Notes under the pieces: generated by a model
What the model was told of the DNA's origin: nothing
The model's input: only the letters and a program-made list of their open reading frames with translations
Databases searched by the model: none
Shown: positions 1-10,019 of the stretch, one piece after another
Numbering within the stretch: position 1 is the stretch's first letter
How the letters are laid out: every line of letters starts with the position of its first letter
Origin: Alphaproteobacteria bacterium
GTDB taxonomy: Bacteria; Pseudomonadota; Alphaproteobacteria; UBA8366
Direction of reading: 5' to 3'
Assembly (NCBI GenBank): GCA_041557595.1
Contig: JBFFGE010000001.1
Location: 934-64,933 of the forward strand
DNA length: 64,000 nt
Translations under genes and position numbers: made by a program

Positions 1-779
1 CCGTCTTCGGACTCCTCGTCCTTCTTGATCGTGGCCGACCAATCCTCCTCGCCGTAAATATCGGTCAGCACATCGGCGGGCAGCCCGTCGGGCGGGCCGT
101 CATAGACGACCTCGCCCAGCCGCAGGCCGACGATGCGCTGCGCGAACATCTGCGCCAGCATGACATCGTGGATGTTGATGATCGCAGCCAGATCCCGTTC
201 CTCACACAGCTCGCAAATCAGCCGCATAATCTGCCGCGAGGTCTTGGGATCCAGGCTCGCCGTCGGTTCGTCCACAAGCAAGAGTTGGGGATTCTGGATC
301 AACGCCCGGCAAATGCCGACGCGCTGTCGCTGTCCGCCCGACAGTTCGTCGGCGCGCTTGTCGACCATATGGTCGAGTCCGACGCGTTCGAGCAAACGAA
401 ATGCCTCGTCGATATCCGATTTCGGAAACTTTCGGAAATAGCTCCGCCAGAATCCGACGTAACCGAGCCGGCCGGAGAGCGTGTTTTCCATCACGCTCAA
501 CCGCTCGACCAAGGCATATTCCTGGAAGATCATTCCCATCCGCCGACGCGCCCGGCGCAAGGCCCGGGCGCCCAGCCGGGTCAGATCCTCATCGCCGAGC
601 AGAACGCGCCCGGATGTCGGCTCGACCAGCCGATTGATGCAGCGGATGAGCGTGCTCTTGCCCGCACCGGAAGGACCGATCAGCGCCATCACCTGACCCT
701 TGGGCACTTCCAGGGTGACGCCCTTCAACGCCCGATCGCCGGTCGGGTATTGCTTGACCAGCTCTTCCAGCCGAATCAT
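1..779 (-). CDS. phnC: phosphonate ABC transporter ATP-binding protein (C-terminus runs off the window start)
   Basis: Absent from the supplied ORF track (no stop inside the window). My own minus-strand translation from ATG at 779 reads [44 protein letters not shown] (Walker A), then [15 protein letters not shown] (ABC signature), then [12 protein letters not shown] (Walker B). It lies directly downstream of the PhnD-like gene on the same strand. Confidence 0.85.
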   Translation of the reverse strand, partial: MIRLEELVKQYPTGDRALKGVTLEVPKGQVMALIGPSGAGKSTLIRCINRLVEPTSGRVLLGDEDLTRLGARALRRARRRMGMIFQEYALVERLSVMENTLSGRLGYVGFWRSYFRKFPKSDIDEAFRLLERVGLDHMVDKRADELSGGQRQRVGICRALIQNPQLLLVDEPTASLDPKTSRQIMRLICELCEERDLAAIINIHDVMLAQMFAQRIVGLRLGEVVYDGPPDGLPADVLTDIYGEEDWSATIKKDEESED

Positions 780-813
780 CGAACTTCTCTGCGATCCATC
801 ACACCTCGGTGGG

Positions 814-1785
814 CTACTTGCAGCTATATTCCACGCCGTTCGCCGCATCGATCTTGCGAATCACATTCCAATCGGACTTGTGATGGATCGAGATGAACTT
901 GTCTTCCTTTTTGAATTCCTTCTTGAGGGCCGAGCCTTCCCACTTGAACGTAAAGAAGGCCTGCTTGATCTTCGCCGCCACCTCGGGGTGGAGGTTATGC
1001 GCGTGGCCATAGCCGGTGGTCGGGAACGTCTGCGACCGGTAAATCGTGCGGATTTTCTTCGGGTCGACCACATTACGGCTGATCATCCGTTTCAGGACCG
1101 AGTTCGCAATCGCAGCGACTTCGTAATCCTTATTGGCGACGCCGAGAATCGAGTTGTCATGCTTGCCGGAATATGCCGGCTTGAAATCCTTGCCCTGTAT
1201 CAACTTGAATTCGCTCTTCAAAAGGGCGGATGGCGCCTTGAAACCGGAATTCGACGTTTTCGACGTGAAGGTCAGGGTCTTGCCCTTGATGTCGGACGGC
1301 GACTTGATCGCACTGTCGGCCGGCGTGATGATTTCCATCTCGTAGCCGAACGAGCCGTCCTTGCTGGCCATCATCGCGAACGGCACGAAACCCGCGCAGT
1401 TCACCGCGACCGGGTTGCCGCCGGTGTTCACGCCGGCGATATGCAAACGGCCCGACCGCATCGCCTCATACTGCGCCGCATAGGACTGAACCGGAAAAAA
1501 GACGACCTTTTTCCCCGTCACCTCGGACATGTGCTTGATGAACCCGTCCCATACCTTGGCGTACACGGCCGGATCCTCGACAGGCGTATAGGAAAAAATG
1601 ATGGTGGACGGATTGACCCATTTTTTGGGGTCCGTCGGCAGATCCGCGACAAGGTCGCCGTCGCGATCGCAATAGGCCTTGTCGAGCGTACCGCGCGGGC
1701 AGTCCGCCGCACTCGCCGGCGTTACTCCGAACAGGGCGATCAGCGCGCCCGCAAAAACCGAACCCAGACTCAATTTTGTCCACAT
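814..1785 (-). CDS. phnD: phosphonate ABC transporter periplasmic substrate-binding protein
   Basis: ORF 814..1881, trimmed to [26 protein letters not shown] (signal peptide). PhnD-family pattern: [36 protein letters not shown]. Confidence 0.85.
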   Translation of the reverse strand: MWTKLSLGSVFAGALIALFGVTPASAADCPRGTLDKAYCDRDGDLVADLPTDPKKWVNPSTIIFSYTPVEDPAVYAKVWDGFIKHMSEVTGKKVVFFPVQSYAAQYEAMRSGRLHIAGVNTGGNPVAVNCAGFVPFAMMASKDGSFGYEMEIITPADSAIKSPSDIKGKTLTFTSKTSNSGFKAPSALLKSEFKLIQGKDFKPAYSGKHDNSILGVANKDYEVAAIANSVLKRMISRNVVDPKKIRTIYRSQTFPTTGYGHAHNLHPEVAAKIKQAFFTFKWEGSALKKEFKKEDKFISIHHKSDWNVIRKIDAANGVEYSCK

Positions 1786-1943
1786 TTTGGAAACTCCCTT
1801 ATTTTTCGGCAGGTCATTTGTTCGTGTCGCATTATCCGCACAAACACACGCGTGCCTTGATCGCTTTCGATACCACACCATCGATTACAGCAACGTGACA
1901 TACCGGCGCCCATAGCGAAACTGTAATTTGTCAGTGCGCGCCG

Positions 1944-3443
1944 CTACCGGTTCGTCGGCATGGTGAATTGTGCGCCATCGCGAATGCCGCTCGGCCAGCG
2001 CGCCGAAATCGTCTTCATCTTCGTGAAGAAATGCACCGACTGCGGCCCATGCATTTGCGTGTCGCCGAATTTCGAACGCTTCGACCCGCCGAAATGATGA
2101 AACGCCATCGGCACCGGGATCGGAACGTTGACGCCGATCATGCCGATATCGGCCTGGTTCGCAAAGGTGCGCGCGGCATCGCCATCCTGGGTGAAAATTG
2201 CGACGCCATTGCCGTATTCGTGGTCATTGACCATCTTTACCGCGTCGTCGAAATTGCCGGCGCGGGCAACGCTCAATACGGGACCGAAAATTTCATCCTG
2301 ATAGATCGACATATCCGTGGTCACGTGGTCGAACAGGGAACCACCGGTAAAGAAGCCGTTTTCGTAGCCCTGCAAGGACGCACCCCGGCCATCGACGACC
2401 AGTTCCGCGCCTTCCTCGACGCCTTTGGCGATATAGCCTTCGACACGCTCCTTGGCCTGGGCGGTAATCAGGGGGCCCATATCGGCTTCGGGATCGTTGT
2501 AGGGGCCGATCCGAAGGCCCTGCACCCGCGGCGTCAGGCGCTTGACGATTTCCTCGGCCGCCTGGTCGCCCACCGGCACCGCAACCGATATCGCCATGCA
2601 GCGCTCGCCGGCCGAACCGTAGCCCGCCCCCATCAACGCATCCGCCGCCTGATCCATGTTGGCGTCCGGCATGATGATCAAATGGTTCTTCGCGCCGCAG
2701 AACGCCTGCACCCGCTTATTGTTGGCGGTCCCCGTCTGGTAGACGTATTCGCCGACCGTGGTGGAGCCGACGAAACTGATCGCCGGCACATCCGCATGCG
2801 CAAGCAGCGCGTCCACCGCTTCCTTGTCCCCGTTGACGACATTCCAGATGCCGTCCGGCAGGCCTGCCTCTTTCCAGAGTTCGCCCAGCAGCATCGCCGA
2901 GGACGGATCGCGCTCCGAGGGCTTGTTGATGAAAGCATTGCCGCAGGCGACGGCCATGACGCCCATCCAGAGCGGGATCATGATCGGAAAATTGAAGGGC
3001 GTAATGCCGGCGACAACACCGAGCGGCTCACGGATCGAATAGGTGTCGATGTCGCCGCCCACATTGGGCGACAACTCACCCTTCATCAGATGCGGAATGC
3101 CGCAGGCAAATTCGATCACGTCAATCCCGCGCTGGATCGAACCGCGCGCATCCTCCAGCGTCTTGCCGTGCTCCTGGCCGATCAATTCGGCCAGCTTGCC
3201 CATATTCGCGGTCACCAGTTCGCGCATCGCGAACATCACCGCGGCACGCTTCGGCGTCGGCGTCGCCGCCCATCCGGGGAAGGCGTCAGACGCAATCCGG
3301 ACCGCGTCGTCGATTTCTTCGGCGCTGGCAAGCGGCGCCCGGGCGGCGACCTCCCCCGTTGCCGGGTTGAAGACGTCGGCGAACCGGCCGCTCCGTCCCT
3401 TGACCGCCTTGCCTCCGATGATGTGGTGCAATTCCTTCGCCAT
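1944..3443 (-). CDS. mmsA: methylmalonate-semialdehyde dehydrogenase (CoA-acylating)
   Basis: About 500-aa aldehyde dehydrogenase with an MmsA-like N-terminus (HIIGGKAVKGRSGRFADVFNPATGEV) and catalytic region (AFCGAKNH, GERCMA). Start set at MAKEL. Confidence 0.9.
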   Translation of the reverse strand: MAKELHHIIGGKAVKGRSGRFADVFNPATGEVAARAPLASAEEIDDAVRIASDAFPGWAATPTPKRAAVMFAMRELVTANMGKLAELIGQEHGKTLEDARGSIQRGIDVIEFACGIPHLMKGELSPNVGGDIDTYSIREPLGVVAGITPFNFPIMIPLWMGVMAVACGNAFINKPSERDPSSAMLLGELWKEAGLPDGIWNVVNGDKEAVDALLAHADVPAISFVGSTTVGEYVYQTGTANNKRVQAFCGAKNHLIIMPDANMDQAADALMGAGYGSAGERCMAISVAVPVGDQAAEEIVKRLTPRVQGLRIGPYNDPEADMGPLITAQAKERVEGYIAKGVEEGAELVVDGRGASLQGYENGFFTGGSLFDHVTTDMSIYQDEIFGPVLSVARAGNFDDAVKMVNDHEYGNGVAIFTQDGDAARTFANQADIGMIGVNVPIPVPMAFHHFGGSKRSKFGDTQMHGPQSVHFFTKMKTISARWPSGIRDGAQFTMPTNR

Positions 3444-3565
3444 AACGCTCTCCATCTTGGCCGATGTTTCCGCCGGAGCGGCGTGCCGATACGACTGTCT
3501 TTTGTTTTGATTTAATTAAAGAAATATACAGAAGCCGGCGGCTCATCAAGGTCTGGAGACCGGGC

Positions 3566-3901
3566 CTAGGCCACGGCGCCGCGAAACCATCCTTCATCGT
3601 CGGCGCCTTCCAGCTCGACAATCCATAGATCCGGGTCGTAGGACGCTTGCCGCGCAATATATTCGTCGGCCTCGGCCTCGGGCACCCAGCGATCGTCCAG
3701 CGCCGCATTCCAAACGAGGCCGCCGTCGAGGCTACGGATTTGCGTCAATACGCGGGCGCCGGCCTCGCGATCGTACAACTTGACGATCACCAGGCCGCGA
3801 TGGGCATCGCCGCGTTTCACGACGACCATCGGAATACCGGCCGCCGCGCAGCGCGCGCCATGCGCCTTGACCCACACTTCCGTCGGCAGGCGCTCGGCCA
3901 T
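3566..3901 (-). CDS. DUF1491-family protein
   Basis: 111-aa ORF. LPTEVWVKAHGARCAAAGIPMVVVKRGDAHRGLVIVKL resembles the alphaproteobacterial DUF1491 pattern as I recall it. Its ATG overlaps the speE stop by 1 nt (TAATG). Confidence 0.6.
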   Translation of the reverse strand: MAERLPTEVWVKAHGARCAAAGIPMVVVKRGDAHRGLVIVKLYDREAGARVLTQIRSLDGGLVWNAALDDRWVPEAEADEYIARQASYDPDLWIVELEGADDEGWFRGAVA

Positions 3902-4755
3902 TATTTCAGCATATTCAAAACGTAAGGCGGCAGGGCGAAGGCCGCAAGATGAATCCCCGGCGTGTAGTAACGCGTGGAAATATCCGCCGCACCCTGCCGC
4001 CGGGCCAGTTCATCCCGGCTCAGCCCTCGCAGCTCGGCATTGTCCGTCGCCCAGCCGAACGCCATGAAGCCGCCGTAAAAACTCGGCACCGCAATCTGGT
4101 AACACGTCGTATCGGTGAATATTTTGCGCAATCGCGCCATCGGCCGGCCAAGCCAGTCCTTATCCAGAAACGGCAGCGCATTCTGGGTCACGAGAACGCC
4201 GCCAGGCGCCAGGCATTTGGCGCAGTCGCGGTAAAACGGCTCGCTGTACAGGACGTTGACGTCGCCCGGCGGATCCGCCGAATCGATCAGGATAAGGTCG
4301 TATTCTCCATCGGTCTGGGCGGCGAACTCGACGCCGTCGCCAATGGTCAGGCACAGCCGGGGATCTTCGAACGCATCGCCGCAAATGCCCCGCAGGTGCG
4401 CCTTGCTCAACTCGACCACCGCCGCATCGATCTCGACGAGATCGACGCGCTCTATCCCCTTGTGCTTGAACAATTCCTCGGCCGCGCCACCGTCGCCGCC
4501 GCCAATGACCAGCGCGTTTCGCACCGCGCCATGCGCAAGCACCGGCACATGCACCAGCATCTCGTGATAGATGAATTCGTCGCTCTCGCTGAGCTGCGCG
4601 ATCCCGTCAAAAAACAAGACCCGGCCAAAGGTCTTGTTTTCAATCAGCAAAATATGCTGATGGTCGGTTTGGCGCTCATAGAGCACCTTGTCGATGCGCA
4701 GTTGGACCCTGAAATCGCCGTTAACCGGGTCGATTTCCTCGGTCCATTGCGTCAT
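3901..4755 (-). CDS. speE: spermidine synthase (polyamine aminopropyltransferase)
   Basis: 284 aa with FIYHEMLVHVP, VIGGGDGG, LILIDSADP motifs. ATGA overlap with the upstream AdoMet decarboxylase gene. Confidence 0.9.
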   Translation of the reverse strand: MTQWTEEIDPVNGDFRVQLRIDKVLYERQTDHQHILLIENKTFGRVLFFDGIAQLSESDEFIYHEMLVHVPVLAHGAVRNALVIGGGDGGAAEELFKHKGIERVDLVEIDAAVVELSKAHLRGICGDAFEDPRLCLTIGDGVEFAAQTDGEYDLILIDSADPPGDVNVLYSEPFYRDCAKCLAPGGVLVTQNALPFLDKDWLGRPMARLRKIFTDTTCYQIAVPSFYGGFMAFGWATDNAELRGLSRDELARRQGAADISTRYYTPGIHLAAFALPPYVLNMLK

Positions 4756-5258
4756 TCCATTTTACCTCGGAGATGCTCCCCGACCTCGATCCGTTCCGGC
4801 CGGAAGGCCTCGCGCAAGACGTCGATCGTGCGGTGCGGTTCCGCATCGCCGCACATGAAAACGTCGAACGCCGCAAATTCGCGCTCGGGCCACGTATGGA
4901 CGCTGATATGCGACTCCGCCAATACCGCCACACCCGACACGCCCTGGTTCGGGGTGAAGTGATGCAGGTGGATATGGAGCAACGTCGCGCCGGCCGCGCT
5001 CACCGCACGCCGCATCGCCAACTCGATATGATCCAGATCGTCCAGCTTTTGGGCGCCCCAAAGATCGACAATCAGATGCGTTCCGGCATAAGAGACGCCG
5101 TTCCGTTGGATAAAGTAGTCCTTGCGCTCCTCGACCAGGTCGTGGTGCGGGATGATTTGTCCCTCACACACCGGGCTGAGCGGTGCGATCTGGGCGGCGG
5201 AAGGATAAACATCCATCCCCAATTGGACAGCCGCTTTCGGCATGTCTTGTCTCCCCAA
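4752..5258 (-). CDS. speD: S-adenosylmethionine decarboxylase proenzyme (SpeH/class 1 type)
   Basis: LAESHISVHTWPE self-processing (Glu-Ser) motif. N-terminus is about 40 aa longer than typical SpeH-type proteins, so the start is uncertain (alternative Met codons downstream). Confidence 0.85.
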   Translation of the reverse strand: MGRQDMPKAAVQLGMDVYPSAAQIAPLSPVCEGQIIPHHDLVEERKDYFIQRNGVSYAGTHLIVDLWGAQKLDDLDHIELAMRRAVSAAGATLLHIHLHHFTPNQGVSGVAVLAESHISVHTWPEREFAAFDVFMCGDAEPHRTIDVLREAFRPERIEVGEHLRGKME

Positions 5259-5336
5259 TCAGTAGATGAACCCATTTCATCGAAGGCGACCCATATGAGC
5301 CGTTCGACCGGGCAAATCAAGTCTAAAAATCACGAT

Positions 5337-6200
5337 TTATACTTTATTCACACCCCCCAAAAGGCTAGCAACCCACGGTGGAATTGCAAAGGACCCACGG
5401 TGCACCTCGGGCGAGTAGTGGCGAAGGTCCAGCGCGGCTTTTCGCGACCGTTCCTGCAACCGTTCGAGCGGGGTCTGCCGCAAGGTCACGTTGTCGGTTC
5501 CCCAGCCGAACGCCATGACGCCGCCGCTATAGGACGGCACCGCCGCCAGGAAACATGAAGCGTCGCGAAAGAGCGGCCGGAGACAGGAAATCGTCCCGCT
5601 CAGCTCTTCGCCCTGGAAGAAGGGCACCCCGTTCTGCGTAACCATCACCCCACCCTGGGCGAGGCACCCCTTGGCCGCCGCGTAGAAGCGCTCGGTAAAC
5701 AGCACATCGCCGGGTCCAATCGGATCCGTGGAATCGACGATCGCGACGTCGTATCGCTGATCCGTGGTCTCGACGAAATCCACGCCGTCGGCGATCACCA
5801 GGTCGAGCCGTGGGTCGTCGAAGGCGTCATGGCAAATAAACCGGAGATGTTCCTTGCTGAACGCCACGACGTCGGCGTCGATTTCCACCATCGTTACCTG
5901 TTCGACACCGGGATGCTTGAGGACTTCTTCCAGCATCCCGCCATCGCCGCCGCCGATGATCAGCACTTTCCGCGCCGCGCCGTGGGCGAATAACGGCACA
6001 TGCGCCAGCATTTCGTGATAGATGAATTCGTCGCGCTCGGTGGTCTGAATGACGTCGTTCAGCGCAAGAACGCGGCCGAACTCGCTGTTCTCGAACAACA
6101 TCAATTTCTGATGTTCGCTATCGCCTTCGTAGAGAACCTTGTCGATCGACAACCTGACCCGAAGTCCGGAATAGAGTTTTTCCTCGAACCAGTCTGCCAT
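5337..6200 (-). CDS. second spermidine synthase-family aminopropyltransferase paralogue
   Basis: 287 aa with FIYHEMLAHVP, IIGGGDGG, VAIVDSTDP. Clearly paralogous to 3901..4755. Confidence 0.85.
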   Translation of the reverse strand: MADWFEEKLYSGLRVRLSIDKVLYEGDSEHQKLMLFENSEFGRVLALNDVIQTTERDEFIYHEMLAHVPLFAHGAARKVLIIGGGDGGMLEEVLKHPGVEQVTMVEIDADVVAFSKEHLRFICHDAFDDPRLDLVIADGVDFVETTDQRYDVAIVDSTDPIGPGDVLFTERFYAAAKGCLAQGGVMVTQNGVPFFQGEELSGTISCLRPLFRDASCFLAAVPSYSGGVMAFGWGTDNVTLRQTPLERLQERSRKAALDLRHYSPEVHRGSFAIPPWVASLLGGVNKV

Positions 6201-6253
6201 CTAAATCCCTCCACCGCCACGTGGCGACGCCGAACCAATCGCCGTGACGACCC

Positions 6254-6772
6254 TCAATGCAGCGGTTTCGCCGTCAGGCTCGCCTTGGTCATCGGGAGGG
6301 CCGGCTCGGCCGCAGGCTCCGGCAGCACCGCGCGCCGCCTCGAGCCGTTTTGCTGCTGACGGGCCGGTTCGCCGATCTGGTTTCGAATATCGACCGCGCC
6401 CGACAAATCGACCTTTTTCACGCTCCGGAAAAATCCATATACGACGGCGCCTTTTTCGACCACAAGTTTCTCATGCGTGACATCGCCGGAAATCTGCGAT
6501 TCCTTGCTGATCAAGGCTTCCTTCGCGTGGATCGAGCCATCGACCGCGCCGAACACCTGGACAAACGATGCGTTGATATTGCCGTTCACGCATCCGTTCG
6601 CGCCGACCGTCAGATGAAAGCACCGGACATCGCCAACCACCGTTCCGTCGATATGAATGTCGCCATCGCAATCGAGGTTCCCGGCGACGGTATGCTTAGG
6701 TGCAATAATCGATGGCGCTTCCTTATTGGGTCGCTGTGGCGATCCCACAGCGACTGTCCCACGTTTTCCCAT
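6254..6772 (-). CDS. bactofilin-family polymer-forming protein
   Basis: Repeating beta-helix pattern (GNLDCDGDIHIDGTVVGDVRCFHLTVGANGCVNGNINASFVQVFGAVDGSIHA) followed by a disordered C-terminal tail. Confidence 0.75.
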   Translation of the reverse strand: MGKRGTVAVGSPQRPNKEAPSIIAPKHTVAGNLDCDGDIHIDGTVVGDVRCFHLTVGANGCVNGNINASFVQVFGAVDGSIHAKEALISKESQISGDVTHEKLVVEKGAVVYGFFRSVKKVDLSGAVDIRNQIGEPARQQQNGSRRRAVLPEPAAEPALPMTKASLTAKPLH

Positions 6773-6985
6773 ACCCCCGCTTCCCTGTGTGTCGTCTTTG
6801 TTCGTTCATTGATTAGTCGTATGCGAATATCGTACTGATTAAAACAGCCCGTCACAAGAAGATGCGGCGGTCCCCGATGTCACACCCGGACCGAATGCCG
6901 GAGGCACCGAATACGCAGCCGCCGAGATCGATGTCATGGGTGCCGAACAGTGCAGAACCGGCAAACAAGAATAAGGAGCGAGAAA

Positions 6986-7882
6986 ATGCGGGTAGGGTTT
7001 ATCGGTCTCGGCAATATGGGTCTGCCGATGGCGGCCAATCTCGCCAAGGCAGGACAAGACATCATCGTTTACGATTTGAATCGCGGCGTGGTCGATGACT
7101 TCGTCAAGGAACATGGCGGCCGCCCGGCCAACGGGCTCGTCAGCGTCGCCGAGAACGCCGACCTGATCATCACCATCGTTCCCACGGGCAAGGACGTCCG
7201 CCGGATCGCGCTCGGCGACGGCGACGGAGACGGGTTGGCCGCGCACATGGAGAGCGGCAAAATGCTGATCGATATGAGCTCCTCCGACCCGACCGGGAGC
7301 GTCGACCTTGCGGACCTGCTCCGCGAACAGGGCATATCCTTCGTCGACGCGCCGGTATCGGGCGGCGTCAAACGCGCCATCGACGGCTCGCTCGCCATCA
7401 TGGTCGGCGGGGATGCGGCCGACATCGAACGGTGCCAACCGCTGCTCGACATCATGGGCGGCCAGATCTTTCAATGCGGCCCGGTCGGGTCCGGCCATGC
7501 GATGAAGGCGCTGAACAACATGCTGTCGGCGATCGGTCTCGCCGCCGCCGGGGAGGCATTGCTGATCGGCAAGAAATTCGGGCTCGATCCGGCGGTCATG
7601 GTCGACACCATCAACCGATCGACCGGCCGCAATAACGCGACCGAGGTCAAGTTCCATCAATTCGTGCTGAACGAAGCCTTCTCCTCGGGCTTCACCAACG
7701 CCCTGATGGTCAAGGACCTGACGACGGCCCAGGACCTTGCGCGCGCGACCGACGTACCGGCACCGTTCACCGCGCTGGTGCGGGAAATCTTCGCCGAAAC
7801 CAAGGTGCAGCTCGGCGCCAATTCCGATCACACGGAAGTCGTGCGTTGGCAGCAGAAAGTCTCGAAGGTCGATCTGAAGTAG
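6986..7882 (+). CDS. NAD(P)-dependent 3-hydroxyisobutyrate dehydrogenase-family oxidoreductase
   Basis: MRVGFIGLGNMGLPMA Rossmann N-terminus, VDAPVSGG, GSGHAMKALNN. AAGGAG ribosome-binding site upstream of ATG 6986. Confidence 0.85.
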   Translation: MRVGFIGLGNMGLPMAANLAKAGQDIIVYDLNRGVVDDFVKEHGGRPANGLVSVAENADLIITIVPTGKDVRRIALGDGDGDGLAAHMESGKMLIDMSSSDPTGSVDLADLLREQGISFVDAPVSGGVKRAIDGSLAIMVGGDAADIERCQPLLDIMGGQIFQCGPVGSGHAMKALNNMLSAIGLAAAGEALLIGKKFGLDPAVMVDTINRSTGRNNATEVKFHQFVLNEAFSSGFTNALMVKDLTTAQDLARATDVPAPFTALVREIFAETKVQLGANSDHTEVVRWQQKVSKVDLK

Positions 7883-7909
7883 ACCCCGGGCGAAGGCCGC
7901 GCGGTGCAA

Positions 7910-8009
7910 GACCATTCCTTGTTGAAATAGTCTCAAACGAATTGGACTATCGCTTTGTTTTTACGCAAATACGTCGTCGCGAACCGTTTCGGTTCGCTCG
8001 GGATTTGCC
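7910..8009 (-). repeat. intergenic repeat family 1, copy A (inverted relative to copy B)
   Basis: Aligns by eye to the reverse complement of 15007..15106. Shares the block GCAAATACGTCGTCGCGAACCGTxTCGGTTCGCTCGGGATTTGC and the end AGACCATTxCTTGTT. Confidence 0.85.
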
Positions 8010-8978
8010 TTATTCCGCAGCCGCGCTGGCCTCGTCTTCGTGCTCGGCGATGAATTTCTCGGCTTCCAGCGCGGCCATACAGCCCATGCCGGCGGCGGTC
8101 ACCGCCTGGCGAAATATCTTGTCCTTGACGTCGCCGGCGGCGAAGACGCCCGGAACGTTGGTCGCCGTGCTGTCTGGCGCGGTGATGACATAGCCCTCGT
8201 CGTCCATCGCGACCTTGCCCTTGAATACCGCCGTCGCCGGGTCGTGGCCGATCGCGACGAAAAACCCCTGACAGGGAATTTCCCGCGTCTCATCGGTCTT
8301 GAGGTTGCGAATGCGCACGCCGGTAACGCCGATGGGGTCTTCCGTACCAAGCACTTCCTCGGCGACGCTGTCCCAGACCATTTCGACTTTCGGATTCTTG
8401 AAGAGCCGTTCCTGCATGATCTTCTCGGCGCGCAGCTCGTCGCGGCGGTGGATCAGCGTGACCTTGGAGGCGTGGTTGGTGAGATAGATCGCCTCCTCGA
8501 CCGCGGTGTTGCCGCCGCCGATCACGCACACTTCCTGTTCGCGAAAGAAAAAGCCGTCGCAGGTGGCGCAGGCGGATACGCCGAAGCCCTGATACTTCTG
8601 TTCCGATTCAAGGCCAAGCCAGCGCGCCTGCGCGCCGGTGGAAATGATCACCGTATCGCCGGTATAGGTATCCCCGCTGTCGCCGGTGGCCGTGAACGGC
8701 CGCCGGGTGAAATCGACCTCGGTGATCAGGTCATAGATCATCCTGGTACCCACATGCTCGGCCTGGCCCTGCATCTGCTCCATCAACCAGGGGCCCTGGA
8801 TCACGTCGGCAAAACCGGGATAGTTCTCGACATCCGTGGTGATCGTCATCTGGCCGCCGGGCTGCATGCCGGCGACGATGATCGGCTTCAGGTTGGCACG
8901 CGCGGCGTAGATGGCCGCGGTATACCCCGCCGGCCCCGAGCCGATGATCAAGACCTTGCTGTGATGATTTTGCGGCAT
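8010..8978 (-). CDS. trxB: thioredoxin-disulfide reductase
   Basis: 322 aa with GSGPAGYTAAIYAARA, redox-active CATCDG and GGGNTAVEEA. Confidence 0.95.
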   Translation of the reverse strand: MPQNHHSKVLIIGSGPAGYTAAIYAARANLKPIIVAGMQPGGQMTITTDVENYPGFADVIQGPWLMEQMQGQAEHVGTRMIYDLITEVDFTRRPFTATGDSGDTYTGDTVIISTGAQARWLGLESEQKYQGFGVSACATCDGFFFREQEVCVIGGGNTAVEEAIYLTNHASKVTLIHRRDELRAEKIMQERLFKNPKVEMVWDSVAEEVLGTEDPIGVTGVRIRNLKTDETREIPCQGFFVAIGHDPATAVFKGKVAMDDEGYVITAPDSTATNVPGVFAAGDVKDKIFRQAVTAAGMGCMAALEAEKFIAEHEDEASAAAE

Positions 8979-9106
8979 GATGCCTCTCCCGGCTGCGATT
9001 TTCCCGCGCCCGCGGGGCTGTGTTGGAACACTAGTGAGGTAATGGGTCGACGCCGCCGGTGCAAGCGGGCGATTGGCCGCACGGGATCAAATTCCCGGTA
9101 TTGGCG

Positions 9107-9916
9107 TCAATCCCAGTTTAGCGGCTCCGTATCGAGGCGGACGGCGATTCCCTCAAGCTCCTTGGAGGGTGCCGGAAACCGCTGCATGACCAGCGGATCG
9201 TGGCCGGGAATCACGTATTTCGGCGAATCGGCGAGCCCATAGACCGTGCGGTAGGCCTCCAGCATATGGCCCACATTGAAGACGATCGGGAACGGATTGG
9301 TCCGCTCCATATTGGCGTAGAAATGCGATGCATCGGACGCCAGCACCATCCAGCCCAGCCGTGTCCACACCCGCACCACCTGCAGGCCGTCGGTATGGCC
9401 GCCGACATGATGGACGGTTACACCGGGCGCCAATTCGCGCGTGCCGTCGACGAAGTCGATCCGGTCGTCATAGAGGGCGCGCACCAGATCGGTCACATAC
9501 TCCACCGAGAACGACATGCGGATGACTTCCTCGCGCATGAAGCGCCCGGTGGCGAACGCCATCTCGCGATCCTGCACGTAGATCTTCGCCTTCGGAAACA
9601 GGTCGAGATTGCCGCAATGATCGTAATGCATGTGGGTCAGGATGACTTCTTCGACCGTGCTGGCATCCAGTCCCAGCATCTGCAAGCCTTCGGCCGGGGT
9701 CCGCAGGTGGTTGCGCTTGCGCTTCGCCGCCTCTTCCGCGTCGAAACCGAGATCGACCACGAAGCGCCGATCCTTGCCGACAATCGCCCAGACGAAATAG
9801 TCGAGCGGCATCGGCACGTCATGGGAATCGGAAAAGATGAAGGCTTCGGCCTTGGTGCCATCGCGCACCGCGTATTTGACGGCATAGATTTCATACGGCT
9901 CGAGCGCCCCGGTCAT
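9107..9916 (-). CDS. MBL-fold hydrolase, N-acyl-homoserine-lactonase-like family
   Basis: ORF trimmed to MTGALEPYEIYAVKY. HMHYDHCGN (HxHxDH) metal motif. Paralogous to 27248..28045. Confidence 0.8.
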   Translation of the reverse strand: MTGALEPYEIYAVKYAVRDGTKAEAFIFSDSHDVPMPLDYFVWAIVGKDRRFVVDLGFDAEEAAKRKRNHLRTPAEGLQMLGLDASTVEEVILTHMHYDHCGNLDLFPKAKIYVQDREMAFATGRFMREEVIRMSFSVEYVTDLVRALYDDRIDFVDGTRELAPGVTVHHVGGHTDGLQVVRVWTRLGWMVLASDASHFYANMERTNPFPIVFNVGHMLEAYRTVYGLADSPKYVIPGHDPLVMQRFPAPSKELEGIAVRLDTEPLNWD

Positions 9917-10019
9917 CCGCAAACTCCCTTTCGATTTGCAACGCCCGGTCTTGAGCGTTGCCGCGTGCCCGGACAGGATGCTACCCCGGAACGGACAAAC
10001 GGAAAACAGGAGGGCGGCG

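Noticed and set aside
168-896. 242-aa plus-strand ORF (and its nested ORFs) at the window start
   Set aside because: It is antisense to the phnC reading frame, which carries the Walker A, signature and Walker B motifs. The real gene is missing from the ORF track only because its stop lies outside the window.
1921-1934. Possible Pho box (CTGTAATTTGTCAG) upstream of phnD
   Set aside because: It only loosely resembles the CTGTCAT-N4-CTGTCAT type direct repeat. It abuts the mmsA stop and lies more than 130 nt from the phnD start, which is not convincing.
6839-7936. 365-aa minus-strand ORF
   Set aside because: It is antisense to the HIBADH-family gene at 6986..7882, which has a clear Rossmann motif and ribosome-binding site.
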